From Utricularia gibba (lineage: Eukaryota > Plantae > Magnoliophyta), in NCBI GenBank assembly GCA_002189035.1, contig NEEC01000019.1:1860001-1924000 (forward strand): 64,000 nucleotides of DNA. Reading direction: 5' to 3'. Shown here piece after piece: positions 51,030-64,000 of this stretch. Below the pieces are notes generated by a model. It worked only from the letters and a program-made list of their open reading frames with translations, was not told the origin of the DNA and made no database searches. Positions within the stretch are counted from its first letter, which is position 1, and each line of letters begins with the position of its first letter. Made by a program: the position numbers and the translations under genes.

Positions 51030-54000
51030 ATGCACCGTGTTCCAAGTTCAGGAAATGCAAATAATTCATCCAGAACACGGAAGGAGAAAAGACTTACGTA
51101 TGTTGTAAATGTTGCTGAGGATAAAAAGGTGGTGGTTTGTGTTTTCAAGTAGTATTCCTATTTTCTGAAGCAACATTTTTTTACTATTATAATCATTTGA
51201 TCGAGATGAAAGATTTAATGACTACTGGAGTTTGGTATGTGTTGATTACAAAAATTCCTAAAAAGCGCTGTACTGTTATTTGTGGGTTTTTGCATATGAT
51301 ATTAAAGAGATGAAGATTTGTCATATCATAAACCTATGGTTAACTTGCACTAATAAATTTAGAACGGATATATATTTTTTGAAGTTTTTTATGCTTGAAT
51401 CGTCGTCATATAAGTTTTAATGCTTATCTTTTTATCATTAGAAAATGTGCTGTTGTATGCATTTCTATTAAAAACCATGTGCAGCATATCTGCTGGCCAC
51501 ATATAACCGCTAACTACTTAGCACCATGTTGCACGATTCCAAAAAAAAAAACATTCAACTTCTGCAGCCTTCTGCTGCCTGTTGAATATCAGGAACCACA
51601 ATGATTGAAGGTGGGAGATTTTGATAGAATTAAGTCGTCCCTAGTCTGTCTTTGGCATATTCATCCATATTTGTAGTTATCCTAACGCTAATCCCATCAA
51701 CGAGGAAGGAACCTTATGCAGAATTATCATGATTCTTGATGGAATTTGTTGAAAGTGTTTGCAAAGTATAACTTCTTAGCGTCATTTTTCTTTTATTTTT
51801 TGCAGCATTGTGCGGGAGTAAACTGCCTTGCTGTTCTACAAGAAACTGGAACAGATAATTGTGAATATCTTTTCACTGGTAGTCGTGACAGCACACTGAA
51901 AAGATGGGAATTGGCAGAAGATGGTGCCATATGCTCTGCTACTTTTGAGTCTCACATTGATTGGGTATGACGTTTCGTCGGTACTCAAATTTGGTTTTAT
52001 AAGTGTGGTTGGTTGCTTTGTGGTTGTATGAATTCTTGATTCAAAAATAGTAGTTGGTACGTCTATGGGGGTTTTGATTGCTCAAATTTCAAATATTGCT
52101 TAAATGGAATACGAATTGTGCTGTGTTTTGAACTGCGTTTTTATGTTTTATGCTACTCATTCAAGATTTATCTTGGTGCATTAGGTAAATGATGCTGTTC
52201 TTACAAGTGAGAATAAATTATTGTCCTGCTCCTCTGATGCCACTGTTAAGGTCTGAATGCATGGCTTCATGTATAAATGACTAAAGACCTTTCGTCTCCA
52301 GGATCTTCTTACAGTTTTTACTAAAAATGATATTAGGTGTGGAACTCATTGTCAAATGGGGCATGCATGCGAACATTTAGTCAACACTCCGATTATGTAA
52401 TCTGCCTTGCAGCAGCAGAGAAAAGAGTAATTATCCTCAAAAATATTTTTGCTATCGTTTTAAGTTTCCAGTAACACCTCATGTTTTCTCAACACTTTCT
52501 AATTTTTTTTTTTCTTCAATACATTACAGAGTAATTTATTCTCTTCTGGTGGCCTTGGGGTGAGGTTTTCATATGGGATCTTGAAGCTGCGTTTGCTCCC
52601 ATATCCAAATCAAATGATGCGGCCGAACATGAGTGCTCTACAACTGTCAGCGGTCTGAGTTCTACGTCATCAAATACAAATCTTCGTCCAATAAGTTCAA
52701 GCAATAACATCTCTCAACATGCCCCTCAACATCAAGGATATACTCCCGTTGCTGCAAAGGGCCATAAGGAGTCAGTATATGCATTAGCTATGAATGACCA
52801 TGGAACAATTCTTGTATCCGGTGGAACTGAGAAGGTAGGTTCAAGTGCATGAGCGGTGTTTGTAATTTGATGATCCTGTTTTGCAGGATCTATATGTTGT
52901 TTCCTGGGTGATAATATGCTTTACTTCTGCCTATGTATTCCAGATGGTTTGTCTATACTTTATAATTCACCTCATATGATGATTTTTTTCCAGATCATAC
53001 GCCTTTGGGATACAAGAACTGGTTCAAAAACCATGAAGCTAAGAGGCCATACGGATAACATCAGGGCATTATTATTGGATTCAACTGGCAGGTATATGGA
53101 ATCAATCTAATCACCTTCATTTTTATTGGGGCAATCTGATGTTGGTAGGTTTTAGGGATATGTCACTTTTCCATTCCGTTCTGTACTGTATTTCTCCCTT
53201 GTTTGCACATTTTTTTGATAATGAGTCCTGATTATTTGCAGATATTGCTTATCTGGTTCTTCCGATTCTATGATTAGGTATGTTCTGTAATTAATATCAT
53301 TAGGGATGTGTCACTTTTCCCCTTTATATTTCTTGAGCTACAGCACGTTTTCTATTGTTCCTGATGTGGTATTTTGATTATCCGTTCTCATGCTGTTTGT
53401 TTTGATTTCTTTCTCTTATTTTGATCCTTCCCAGACTTTGGGATCTTGGTCAGCAGCGATGTCTGCACTCCTATGCTGTCCACACAGACTCTGTCTGGGC
53501 ACTTGCTAGCACCCCATCTTTTAGTCATGTATACAGTGGCGGAAGAGATCATTCAGTGAGTCCAGTAAATACGTTCAAGTCCTTCAAATTTTGATAGCGC
53601 TCATGTTATTCAATGGAAATTCTTTTTTGGTGCTTTTAGCTGTATGTAACAGACCTAGCTACAAGAGAAAGTATACTTCTTTGCAATGAAAGCCACCCTA
53701 TAAGGCGGTTATCACTGCAAGATGATAGCATATGGGTTGCTACCACAGATTCTTCTGTTCACAGATGGCCAGCAGAAGTGCATAACCCAGTGAAGCTTTT
53801 TGAACGAGGTTGTTCATTTTTAGCTGGTAACTTGTCGTTTTCAAGATCAAGGCTCACAGTTGAAGGCTCTGATCCTGTAAGTTCAAAATTCCCTTCATTG
53901 ATATGCTTCCGGGTACTTCTGCTTTAAGTTACTCATTATCCTTTCCGCTTTCAGGCATGCGCATTTGTTGTTTCTTTAACTGAGCTGATTCTAGTTCACC

Positions 54001-56697
54001 TTGAATTTCCAAATTAATATTGTAACACTGAAAAATAGATTCTTACATTAAAAACTCCTCTTGAGCATTTCATCCTGAATTCAGGGCAAATTTCGCAAGT
54101 AATAAAATGAATCTTCTTATTCAGCATGTAATATCGGTCACAAGTTATAACTGATTAACGTTGTTTCAGATTCCTGTCTATAGAAAACCATTTTTAAGCA
54201 TTGATGGTGCAGCAGCGATAGTGCAGCATGAGATCCTCAACAACAGAAGACATGTTCTGACCAAGGTATCCCGCAATCATATTTTCTAGATTTTTTATTT
54301 TTACATCTTCCTGCCTGGCTCCATGTAATCTGACTATGTAACTCGACTTTTTGAAGGATACTGCTGGAGTAGTGAAATTATGGGAAATCACTAGAGGTGT
54401 GGTTATTGAAAACTATGGAGAGGTCAGTCTTACAATTTGCAATCCAGAGTTCTTTTCTTCACATAATAGCCTTTTGCACTGATATCACTGAATGCCTTCG
54501 GTATTATTATGACACAGTTTGGTCTTTTCATGTTCGTCAGCAATTTCTTCACCAATGCATTACATGATTTATTTCAGGTTTCTTTTGAGAAGAAGAAAGA
54601 AGAGTTGTTTGAAATGGTATGTGTCATTTTAGTACAGCTTTTATATTTTGAGTTTATATTTGCTTCTGGCCCCTCATGTGCTTCCCTAGGTGAGTGTTCC
54701 TACATGGTTCACGGTAGATACGAGGCTAGGAAGCCTGTCTATACATTTGGATACACCACAGTGCTTTTCTGCTGAGATGTACTCACTGGATCTAGGCATT
54801 GCAGGAAAGCCTGAGGATGACAAGGTGTTTATCCTTCTTCATCTGCTAATGTACATTGGGATGTTTATGCATAAGATGCTATCTCTCTCAGTGTCATGAA
54901 TTCACATTTAATATTTTTAAAGTTGGTTGAGTGGGTTGTAGATTTGTACTTCCAATCTTCACAAAAGTAACTACGTATCTGCTCATTTTTTCATTTGCTT
55001 GGCTGCTAAATGTACCAAGATAAATGTACGAGGAGTTTTTTTTTTTCAGAATTTGATTGATTCAAAATAAATGCCCTCTTTTTCTGTAGCTACTAGGAAA
55101 ATTTTCCTATTGGCATCTTAGATCCACTGGAGAATGGTGCTGCAGTTGCTAGTGTAATTTATACATTTCCATGATGTGTGCTTCCCAGTTCTGTTTATAT
55201 GCGTTAGTATTTTATCCATGGTGGAATTCATTTAAAGAGCAGGAATGCTTAGGTTTTAACTCGGTCATTCCACTTGTATGATTATGTAGGTTAATTTGGC
55301 TAGAGAAACACTCAAGGGGCTTCTGGCGCATTGGTTAGCAAGGAGAAAGCATAAGGTTGCACCACAAGCTTCATCGAATGGAGAAATTCCAACGGGGAAA
55401 GATAATCCTCCTTGGACTTCAGCAACGTCTAGAATAGATGGTGATACTTCTTCCGGAGACGATTATTCGAAAGTGTATCCACCGTTTTGCTTTTCTGCTG
55501 TTTCTCCTCCTTCCATTGTCATGGAAGGTTCTCAATGTGGTTTGTGGAGGAAAAGGATTACTGACCTAGATGGAACTGAAGATGAGAAGGACTTTTCGTG
55601 GTGGGTTCTCGATTGTGTTTTGAACAATCGGCTGCCCCCCAGGGAAAATACCAAGTAATGCCTTTAATATGATCCTCTTTTTTCGTGAACTGCTTCAAGT
55701 GATGGTTTTTAGCGTTTCACTCATGGTTCTTCATAATGGCCTCCGATACATTAGTGGTCTTAAAAAAATCTTAACTTTTTATTTTATGAGTATGAAACAT
55801 GTCCTCATGTTGCAGTCTTGTTTTCAATTGCTTTCTCATGGCATTTTTTTTGAATATTCCACACTTAGTGATCCAAAATAGAATCTTATATGAGTTTGTA
55901 TGCCTCTTCATCATTTGGAGTGTTAGTGAAACCACAAGGGTATAATATTCTTCATTCATCTCATTGACCTCTAGGCACACCCCATTATTCACATTCATGT
56001 TTTGTATTCCACAGATGTAGCTTCTACTTACACCCATGCGAAGCTTCGACAGTGCAGATACTTACCCAAGGGAAACTTAGTGCGCCTCGCATTTTGAGAA
56101 TACACAAAGTGAGTGGTTTCTCTGTATGGCTTAGCTTTCGATCACAGCTGATAAGCAAGATGTGAAACCATGGCCGTGCTTACTGTTAGCTTATTTACCT
56201 TTGTAAAATGTGGCTGGGTGACTCTCATGTGTACTGCACTAAGTCATTTGTTGCCATAGGTTGTCAACTATGTTGTTGAAAAGATGGTTCTCGTTAAGCC
56301 ATCGGGCAGTATGAGCGCGGATGGAGCTTTTACTCCTGGGATGCCTGGAAATCAGATCGCAAATACCATTATTGGAGGAGATTCTTCTTTTCGCTCAACC
56401 ATGAAGCCTTGGCCAAAACAAAAACCCTCTGTCGAGATACTTTGCAACAACCAGGCAAGTTTCATCCAGAAAAATATAATTTTGTTGGTGCTGAAAAGTT
56501 AGCACAGAAGTATCTGTTGGATTAGAAATCATAAAATGTAACATAGGAAAATGATCACAAGAAGCCCAGCACAGATACTTTTGTGTTTTAATTTCCAGGT
56601 GCTCTCCCCGGACATGAGCTTAGCGACAGTGAGGGCATACATATGGAAGAAGCCTGAAGATCTCATCCTCAATTACAGATTAGTGCAGGCCAGATGA
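51030..56697 (+). CDS. LRS1: WD repeat protein 48/UAF1-like (LATERAL ROOT STIMULATOR 1) (apparent frameshift 52557-52560)
   Basis: MHRV...[83 protein letters not shown] and [17 protein letters not shown]. Upstream 50100-51020 looks like a spliced 5'UTR. Confidence 0.95.
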
Positions 56698-58245
56698 CCA
56701 AAGATATTTTGAATTGAGGTAATGGTAATGGTAATGGAAAGCTGCATGCAATATTTGATTTGGTGTTGACAACTGTTGGCATCCTCTCCAGTACCATACC
56801 CATATTATCATTGCCATTCTTTTCTGCAGGTGCAGACCACCATATACTACTTATTTGTGCATGTAAATACTCCCCGAGGGGCTGCCTGCGCCTAACGGCA
56901 GCCAGCCATTCGGCTTGGCACTCGCTTATACCATTCTGTGTGTCTTACAAACCATGAAGAGATCTAGAAATACGGCACATTGTGCTGGGGATGATGGATT
57001 ACCAGCTTCTTCTACATTAGGAAGTGATCCAGTTTTTTTGTTTTTTTTTTTTTTGCTGTGTATGTATACAGGCGCTGGGTGAAGTCTGAACAGTTTTGGT
57101 GACCATAGAAAAATAATGGTTGATGTTCATCGTTACCGGGTGGCAGTTTTGCGGTCTATGAAACTTGTTTATTTACTTTAATCACGTGCGTAATTCCATT
57201 GTGGGAGAAAAATATTTAACAACAAAATAAAAGAAAAGCAGGAGGCTGTTCGTTCAACTTTGTGAAACCAATCGTGTAAGCAACAACTACCTCGGAAGCG
57301 TTGCCAGGCGCAACCGTGAGTGTAATAAAATGGGAGCCCATGCAATGACGTGGGATGACGTAATAGTGTATCGTGTGTTTGTTCTTTCGCAGAGGAGGAA
57401 AAGACGTGTCTTGTGTGTATATCGTGGTGTTAGTTCACTGAACTACATAAAAGAGGAAATCGATTCATTCCTATGGAAGTGAAACTTGATGCATAGGCAT
57501 AGGAATGAACACGCAAATAGTCTTTCACGTGAATGCTTCAGTTTTTAGCGATTGGATGGGATCGAAACGGAACCACTCGTTTGAACGATTCATGTTTCTT
57601 TTTCTTTTTTTTTTATTCACAAAAGTCTATCCAAAAATGGGGTTGAATCATAAATGCTTGATTAATTAAAATTTAATAATATTTTTTTATTTAATATCCA
57701 CAATGAAAAAAAAATTGAGAGATAAAATTTGCAACTCTATCCAAAAATGGGGTGGTGATTTGGGTTCAATTTGACATCCTACGCCCTACTAGTCCTTACA
57801 AAGTGTCAACCTAAAGCTCAATATCTTGCATACATGGAAATTGGAACTGAGAGGCAGCAAATTTTCAAAAAAAAAATAAAATAAAAAATTGGGCCCATTA
57901 ATAAATACGCGACTAGATATTTTACTTTCCACGTGACTTTTATTGCTGGAGAAAATGTGTTCCACTCCACACACAATAAAAATCTTATCTGCAACCTGTG
58001 TTCCGCCGTACACCAAATCAGCAGCCCGGGGTTATCATATTTAATCTACCGACAACACACCCGTCTTCGTTTGCGAACCCGGTACGGTACCGACGGGCCG
58101 GATGGACCCGGTTCAATGCTTCCTTCCCTGTCCTATGCACATAGGATGGGATTTGAGCGGAGCAATGGTGGTCTTATTCTAAAGATGCAGAGACGGAAGA
58201 ACGAGCTCAGCAGTGAGGGGAGAGATGAACTTGCTTTTCCACATA

Positions 58246-58248
<3 letters not shown>

Positions 58249-58306
<58 letters not shown>
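58249..58306. repeat. (AG)29 microsatellite
   Basis: Perfect AG dinucleotide run, read directly. Confidence 0.98.
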
Positions 58307-58308
<2 letters not shown>

Positions 58309-58510
58309 GACAAAATGTTTACAGATAAGCACTTGGTGCTGAGATGAATCGGCGAACATGGCGGGACGTGGTGGTTGGAAGCCATTGATTTGGTGGCGAA
58401 TACCTGTCCTCGGAGTTAAGTTTACACCCGAAGCAATCAATGCGTTTGGGGGTCCGTCCTGCTTGCTTCGGCAACAATTTCTTGAAAGCGAACCATGATC
58501 GGCAGTTGGA

Positions 58511-59140
58511 TTACCTTGTATTTTGCCGTACGGCGCAGCCTACAAGCTGTGCCCATTGCTTCAGCTTCGTTTTCACCGTCTGCGGATCCTCTCCTGTCAA
58601 TCGGAAATCACACATTTCAATAAGATGCTGGCGATTTCAAACCATATTTAAACAATGCGTCTTTCTGGAACGGTTATCGGATTCAAACCGTCTTGGTGCA
58701 TATACTGTACTAAGTAGATTTACGAAAACAAAAAACAAGGAATCCGGCGGAGAAAGAAGATTCTGGAATAAGAGAATTGATTCGATAATAGATTTACCAG
58801 GGGCGATAACGCTGAGGGGGCTACAGAGCGGCGACGGCGTCTCACATTCAGATCTGACCGGCGGCTTGGATACGGATTTACTGTACTGCTGATTCACGGC
58901 GTAGTAAAGGCCGTAAGCCGGCAAGGTGTGAGAGAGGCGTGGATCCATCTCCGGCGAGTCAAATCCGAATCCGAGCTCTATGCAAGCCTTGAACTCCTCC
59001 ATATCGTCATCGGTGACGCTCTTGCTACGGCAGTGACGGCGGTCCTGCCTACGCTGCCATGCCTCGTCACGGAGGAAGTCAGGGGACCACGAGTTGTGCT
59101 TGTAGATAGAGGACGACGCCTTGGGCGGCAGTTGCGACAT
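58511..59140 (-). CDS. DUF1685 family protein, 2 exons
   Basis: Exons 59140-58798 and 58593-58511. SWSPD..RDEAWQRR, RSKSVTDDDMEEFKACIELGFGF, LSHTLPAYGLYYAV and GEDPQTVKTKLKQWAQLVGCAVR. Confidence 0.9.
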
Positions 59141-60191
59141 GGACCAACCGCGGCGGAAACGATTCAGTTATTCTCCCCCCTCCGGCCTCTCGAAATCACT
59201 ACACAATTTTCTCCGCCTGCTTTCATCTATTTATTAATGGGCCTTAACACCCATTCACATTGCCGACCCTCCCCTTCGTCAAATCATTTCTAATACAACA
59301 CGCGCTTTTTTCACGTACCAAGTTTTTTACCCCAACGTTTCACACCTCCCCCCTTTCACCAAATTTAAATTTTTAAAATAAAATAAATATCAACCATAAA
59401 ATAAGTGACAATCAGATTTATTACATTTTTTTATTTTTTTAATATATCCAATAAATGAAATAAACGAATTCAAAAATTCTTGTATCTAATACGTGAGTTT
59501 GTATAATGAATATGAATTTCAACATTTTGTGCTCATATTTTAGAGCTCTTTGGGCCCTCACTCACGTGCCCAATTTAAGCTTCTCAATTGAATTATTGAA
59601 GTGTGTGTTTTTAATTAAAATTAAGTATTGTTTTTGAAATAAAAGTATTTTATTTTATTTTTTTTATATCTATCCGAGCCCCATTTTGACTTTTTTTTAA
59701 TAAATATGGTTACTAAATTAAGATTTACCAGAATTAGGTTACCAAATATAGTCTTATTATATATATCAGCAGCCAAATGTTGAATTGAAGCAATGGAATG
59801 TTGACTTTGATGGTACTATTCAAGCGAATATTCCTGTCTGAAGTTGGCCTTGAGTCATTACCGAGTTGACGAAGCTACCGGTTTCACATGCAACGTGCTC
59901 CAATTTCTCTGGGATTTATTAATGCACACCTAAATATGAATTTTTTATTTTTCCAGAATTAAAATTGGGTTTTATCCAATTATTTCGAAATTATTGAATT
60001 TTTTTGTATCGTTTCCGTTTTTTTTAACTGTAATAATTACGGAAAGTTTCTATAAATAGATGGCTGGAAAAGCTTATTTCCCGGTATAGTGTTCTACAGA
60101 AAAATAGGTGACGCTGTCTGGATGGTGCTGAACTCTGGTTCCACTACAGCAAATCAATACTGTACAAGCTCCCTTGTGGAGCTCGATGGGT

Positions 60192-63100
60192 CTACCTCCC
60201 CGCCAGCTCCTGCACAGCTTCATCCTCATCCACCTTCTTCCGGGCCGGAATGCTGATCGCCTTTACCCGGAAGCACGCCTGCAATAACGCCCGTTTGGAG
60301 ATTGTGGGTGAGCTTCGTATGGAGGAGGAATGGTTCTGTGTTCAATGTAGGAATCCTACCTTCTTATCAGATCCGAACTCTATCATGTCTGTGGGGCGAA
60401 ACCGGGTGGGGAAGTTGGGGAGACTCGGTATCTCCTTCCCTCATTGCTGCGAGGAGAAAAACAAGATCAGATTGTGGATTCCATGGTGTAATCGAAATGG
60501 AGGAAGCAACAGGCTCTGCTGTGCCTACTCTGTGATCCATGTTCCGTGCTCGCTTCTCAGGTCTGTCACGAAAAAGGCTCCATCTTTGTAGCTGATTCGA
60601 GCATGGAGTTTGGAGACCTTGCAGGGGCAAAACTATGGAATGAGCAAACACCAAGGAGACGTCCAAGGGGAAGAGAAGGATCCGGTCGACTTACCTGAGG
60701 TGAAGGAATGGTAATGGAAACTCCAGGGAAGCTTGAATGCGTTGTGCTCCTGAGACAACAACAGTTTTCCGGTGCGGATGAGTGTGGAGTGCACGAAGCT
60801 CTGTGTGGTTTACAGAAAAGATGCACCGTACCCTATTACATATGGCTTCTTCTCATCCCGGCTCAGGAATATTGTTTCCGACGCGGCGGTAGAGTCACCG
60901 ATCGGGAATAGAAACCAGCTGCAGGGAGATGAGCTGCAGTCACGATACAGCAATAGGAAAACAAACACAACCTGTCTACAGACACCTACTCTGCATCAAG
61001 TGCTCGTTCTAGAGCATCATTATCTTCGAACCATGTTCGTAGCTGATCATCCGCCTTCACGACACGAAAACAGAAAGCAATGTTTGGTTAATCCTTGAAA
61101 TACAGGAAGATTATCTGCTGTAACAAGAAGAGGCATCAATCATACTCTGTCTGAAAGTCTACAGTGAAGCACTCTTCCCTCCAGCTTTGAACTGCACATG
61201 GGACAGTTAATCCATTGGCAAGAATGTTGGATTGATTCAGAAACAAGACGTTTGATCTCACCCGTTGCCCCCCAGAACCCAACTCAGCATCACCGGCATG
61301 CCGATGTCGATGAACAACCTCCCTCCTACTCTTCCAGGATGTGGTATTCTGAACTTTGTCAAAAACTGGAAAACAGAGCATGGATCAGGTTCATACTCTT
61401 GGCATTCATTCGAACACTGGGATTGACTCCAAAGATTCTTACAGAAAGCGGGCCAAGTCCAACTCCAAGATAAGGCTTGTAAGTTGAAGCCATCATAGCA
61501 GCCATTCTAGCAAGGCCATGAATGACAGCAACGCGTAGTCTTCGAGCATCTTCGTATCTAAAGAAATCCATCAAAAGAAGCAATCTGAAAACAAGTACAA
61601 TGGTTGCAGTGTCGGTTTTCTGTATAAAAGACACCGCCCTCTACCTCCTCAACGCAGGGGCAATATCAACTGGCTTTCCTGATTCTGTGCTTTGGCTCCA
61701 GGCTTTGTGAAGCTCCAAGGCTAGTTGATATCCATCCTGATAACATGAGATGTTCACCATATCGACAAGCCTCACTTACATCAAAAGCAAGAGAATGTGA
61801 CATCAGGTGAAAGTAAGTTCTACCTCAATGGCCATGCACCCCCCTTGGCCTAAGTTTGGTTGCATAGCATGAACTGAATCACCAAGCAACGTAACAAGGC
61901 CCTTTCCCCAAGACCATGATGGAGATCTGTCATATATGTCGCGCCGAAGAATTGCATCTTCATCAGTTGCGAGCAGCAGATCAATGACATTATCACACCA
62001 GCCATCGAATATTTGCAGCAAGCTTTTCTTTTTGCCTTAGATTCAGGAACAAAAGAAAGATATGTGACTACAGGTATTGCATCATCATCTTCGTATACAA
62101 TGGAAAGGATGCTGTTCTATTTACCATTAGGAGAATCAACACCACCAGGTGGCTCGTAGTGAAATCCATACCACTGCATTTTCCCTCCACCAACATCCGA
62201 AGAGACAAAGTATTGTTTGTGACCCAAGAATACTCGATAACTAGATGAGATTTCACATGATAAGATGTGTTCATTGACCAGAGAACAAACTTGCTCATCA
62301 GTAAAGATTGCAATACTCACCCGACTGTCTTGATATCAGCTGGAACATAATCTGCAATTCCTGTGTAACATGTGTATCCAGAGTAAACAGCTTCACCAGG
62401 ACCCAACAATTTGCTTCTCACCTGTATAAAAGTAGTTCTTTGAATAGTCAATAACAGTGAACTGTGTAAGCTTCGGTGGGATATAAACAAAGCACAAGTC
62501 TTTTTTTTCTGTGGGAAAGCTAGAACGTACCTTTGACCGAATCCCATCAGCTCCGACGAGAAGATCACCTTCATAAATATCTCCATTCTCGAGCTTCAAA
62601 GTTACCTAGAGAAGCATAGGTCATGGCTCATGAGCAGAAAAGTCATCGTTTTCATCAGACAAAATTGATTACTAATGAATGAGCTGAAACCTCGAAACAG
62701 CCTAATGCGACCTTGAAAGCATTAAAAATGAAACGAGTGAATGGATACCTTTTGACCATCATCCTCATAGTCCACAACATTGCTTTCATTCAAAATATGT
62801 TCTGAACCAACAGCATTAGCAAGGATTTGCTGCAAAGACATTCGACTAATTACTCTAGTCACCGGAAGTCCCCGCTCTACAGCAGGAGTGAAAGTGTCAA
62901 ATTTGCAATACCTGATGATAGAACATAGTTTAGAGTTATCATATTGAATCCAGAGCTAATTAAAAGTGAGAAAGTATTTTGAGATGGATGACAAGCTTAG
63001 TTATAATGAACCAAAGGCGATGCCCTGCTAAAACATATAAATGATGCTCCTTCCATTCTTTTGGCGAGACTGGGGAGCAAGAACAAGCTTACCAAGTACC

Positions 63101-63589
63101 CGAAATTCCATCAACCAAGCCGTTAATCCGATCGCCGGTGACACATCCAGCTTGCATAATCTCATCAGCGACGCTCATATCAATAGCTTCCAACGCAGCC
63201 AATGCATTGCTCTGTATTTGAATTGGACCCCTGTACTGCCCCTCTCCTCGGATTGCACTTAAATCCCTCTCAAACACCAGAACCTCAAACCCTTTTTTCT
63301 TAGCTGCTAACGCTAATACCAGACCTCCAATCCCACCACCAGCCACCAGTATCCTAAGCTTCTTCTCCTGGTTTCTCGGATTCGAACCACTCTCAGATTT
63401 TTCAGCTCGTGGATCTTCAGTTACGCTTAATTTACTTACAACCAGTTTCCTGAAAATCCCACTTTCTCGATTTCTAGACAAAGACTTCTGGATCAAAAAA
63501 CGATGCCTTTCCAGCAAAGGGTATTTTTGAGTGGTGGAATAAAATGATACAGAGGGGCACAACGAGTTGCAGAGAACAGATGAACCCAT
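60192..63589 (-). CDS. ZEP: Zeaxanthin epoxidase (ABA1/ABA2 orthologue; FAD monooxygenase with FHA domain), 16 exons (apparent frameshift 60417-60420)
   Basis: Transit peptide, then ILVAGGGIGGL, RGEGQYRGPIQIQSNALAALEAID, LLVGADGIRSK, TLLGDSVHAMQPNLGQGGCMAIED, RIPHPGRVG and FHA motif VSKLHARI...DLRSEHGTW. All introns parse as GT-AG. Confidence 0.97.
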
Positions 63590-64000
63590 TTCCCTTCTAC
63601 ACCAGGCAATCGCCTTGCTATCCTTGCAATTAGCAGAGCTACTTAAATAAAATGAACCTGACTCTTGTGAGAAAACACACAGCGTGCTATCACGCCAGCG
63701 GTAGGAGATTATTCTCAAAATACAATGGTTCTCTCTCTGTGTGGGACGCAACCAAACTTTGGATGACAAGTGACCAAACCCACAAATATGATCACCTCCT
63801 GTTCCGTGAAGAAGCAGAAAATACAATGGTAGTGGCGAGAAATGGAAGCCAATCCAATGAACCCAAGATCAGCACCAAGGAGGAGCAAGATTTGATTTTT
63901 AACATGTGGCAAGCAGTGGGACGGCAACCAAATATCTGATTCAGTGATCTGTGTGCACATTTATTGTCCTGATTTGAGCCACTCCCCATTCCGCTCCCTC

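Noticed and set aside
54266-54273. GTATCCCG donor in LRS1, resembling a U12 5' site
   Set aside because: It mismatches the TT of GTATCCTT and has no U12 branch point near the acceptor.
57933-58440. ORFs with RERERE / SLSLSL runs on both strands
   Set aside because: Translation artefacts of the (AG)29 microsatellite.
62741-62748. GTATCCAT donor in ZEP intron 2, resembling a U12 5' site
   Set aside because: Imperfect consensus, no TCCTTAAC-type branch point and an ordinary pyrimidine-rich AG acceptor.
63590-63826. In-frame N-terminal extension of ZEP suggested by the ORF track
   Set aside because: It begins at TTG rather than ATG; MGSSVL at 63589 matches the expected transit-peptide start.

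Overview
Eukaryotic DNA from a flowering plant (eudicot-like) with a very gene-dense, short-intron genome. I find 19 protein-coding genes, mostly intron-containing, plus one clear pseudogene in 64 kb, separated by short AT-rich spacers. In order: MACPF protein (+), CRAL-TRIO/Sec14 protein (+), MAP70 pseudogene (-), small uncharacterised protein (-), Nudix hydrolase (+), caleosin/peroxygenase (+), PUX2 (+), JAZ/TIFY (+), SKIP28-like F-box (-), dynein light chain (-), PLAC8/PCR protein (-), receptor-like kinase (-), MiaB/CDK5RAP1 (+), Oxidored-like protein (-), kinesin-7 (+), O-fucosyltransferase (+), TWD40-2 (+), WDR48/LRS1 (+), DUF1685 protein (-), zeaxanthin epoxidase (-). I saw no tRNA, rRNA, CRISPR array or transposon coding sequence. 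I did not find a convincing novel multi-gene system. The best oddities are a U12-type AT-AC intron in TWD40-2, two GC-AG introns, a retained-type Jas intron in the JAZ gene, an internally deleted MAP70 pseudogene, a conserved-looking small ORF and a dead upstream copy of the MiaB start. Caveat: seven otherwise intact genes carry single-base deletions in homopolymer runs (six are needed to restore conserved reading frames; the caleosin one is inferred from its tail). This most likely reflects an unpolished long-read assembly rather than biology. Exon coordinates were derived by hand from splice signals and remembered family motifs; no database searches were run.
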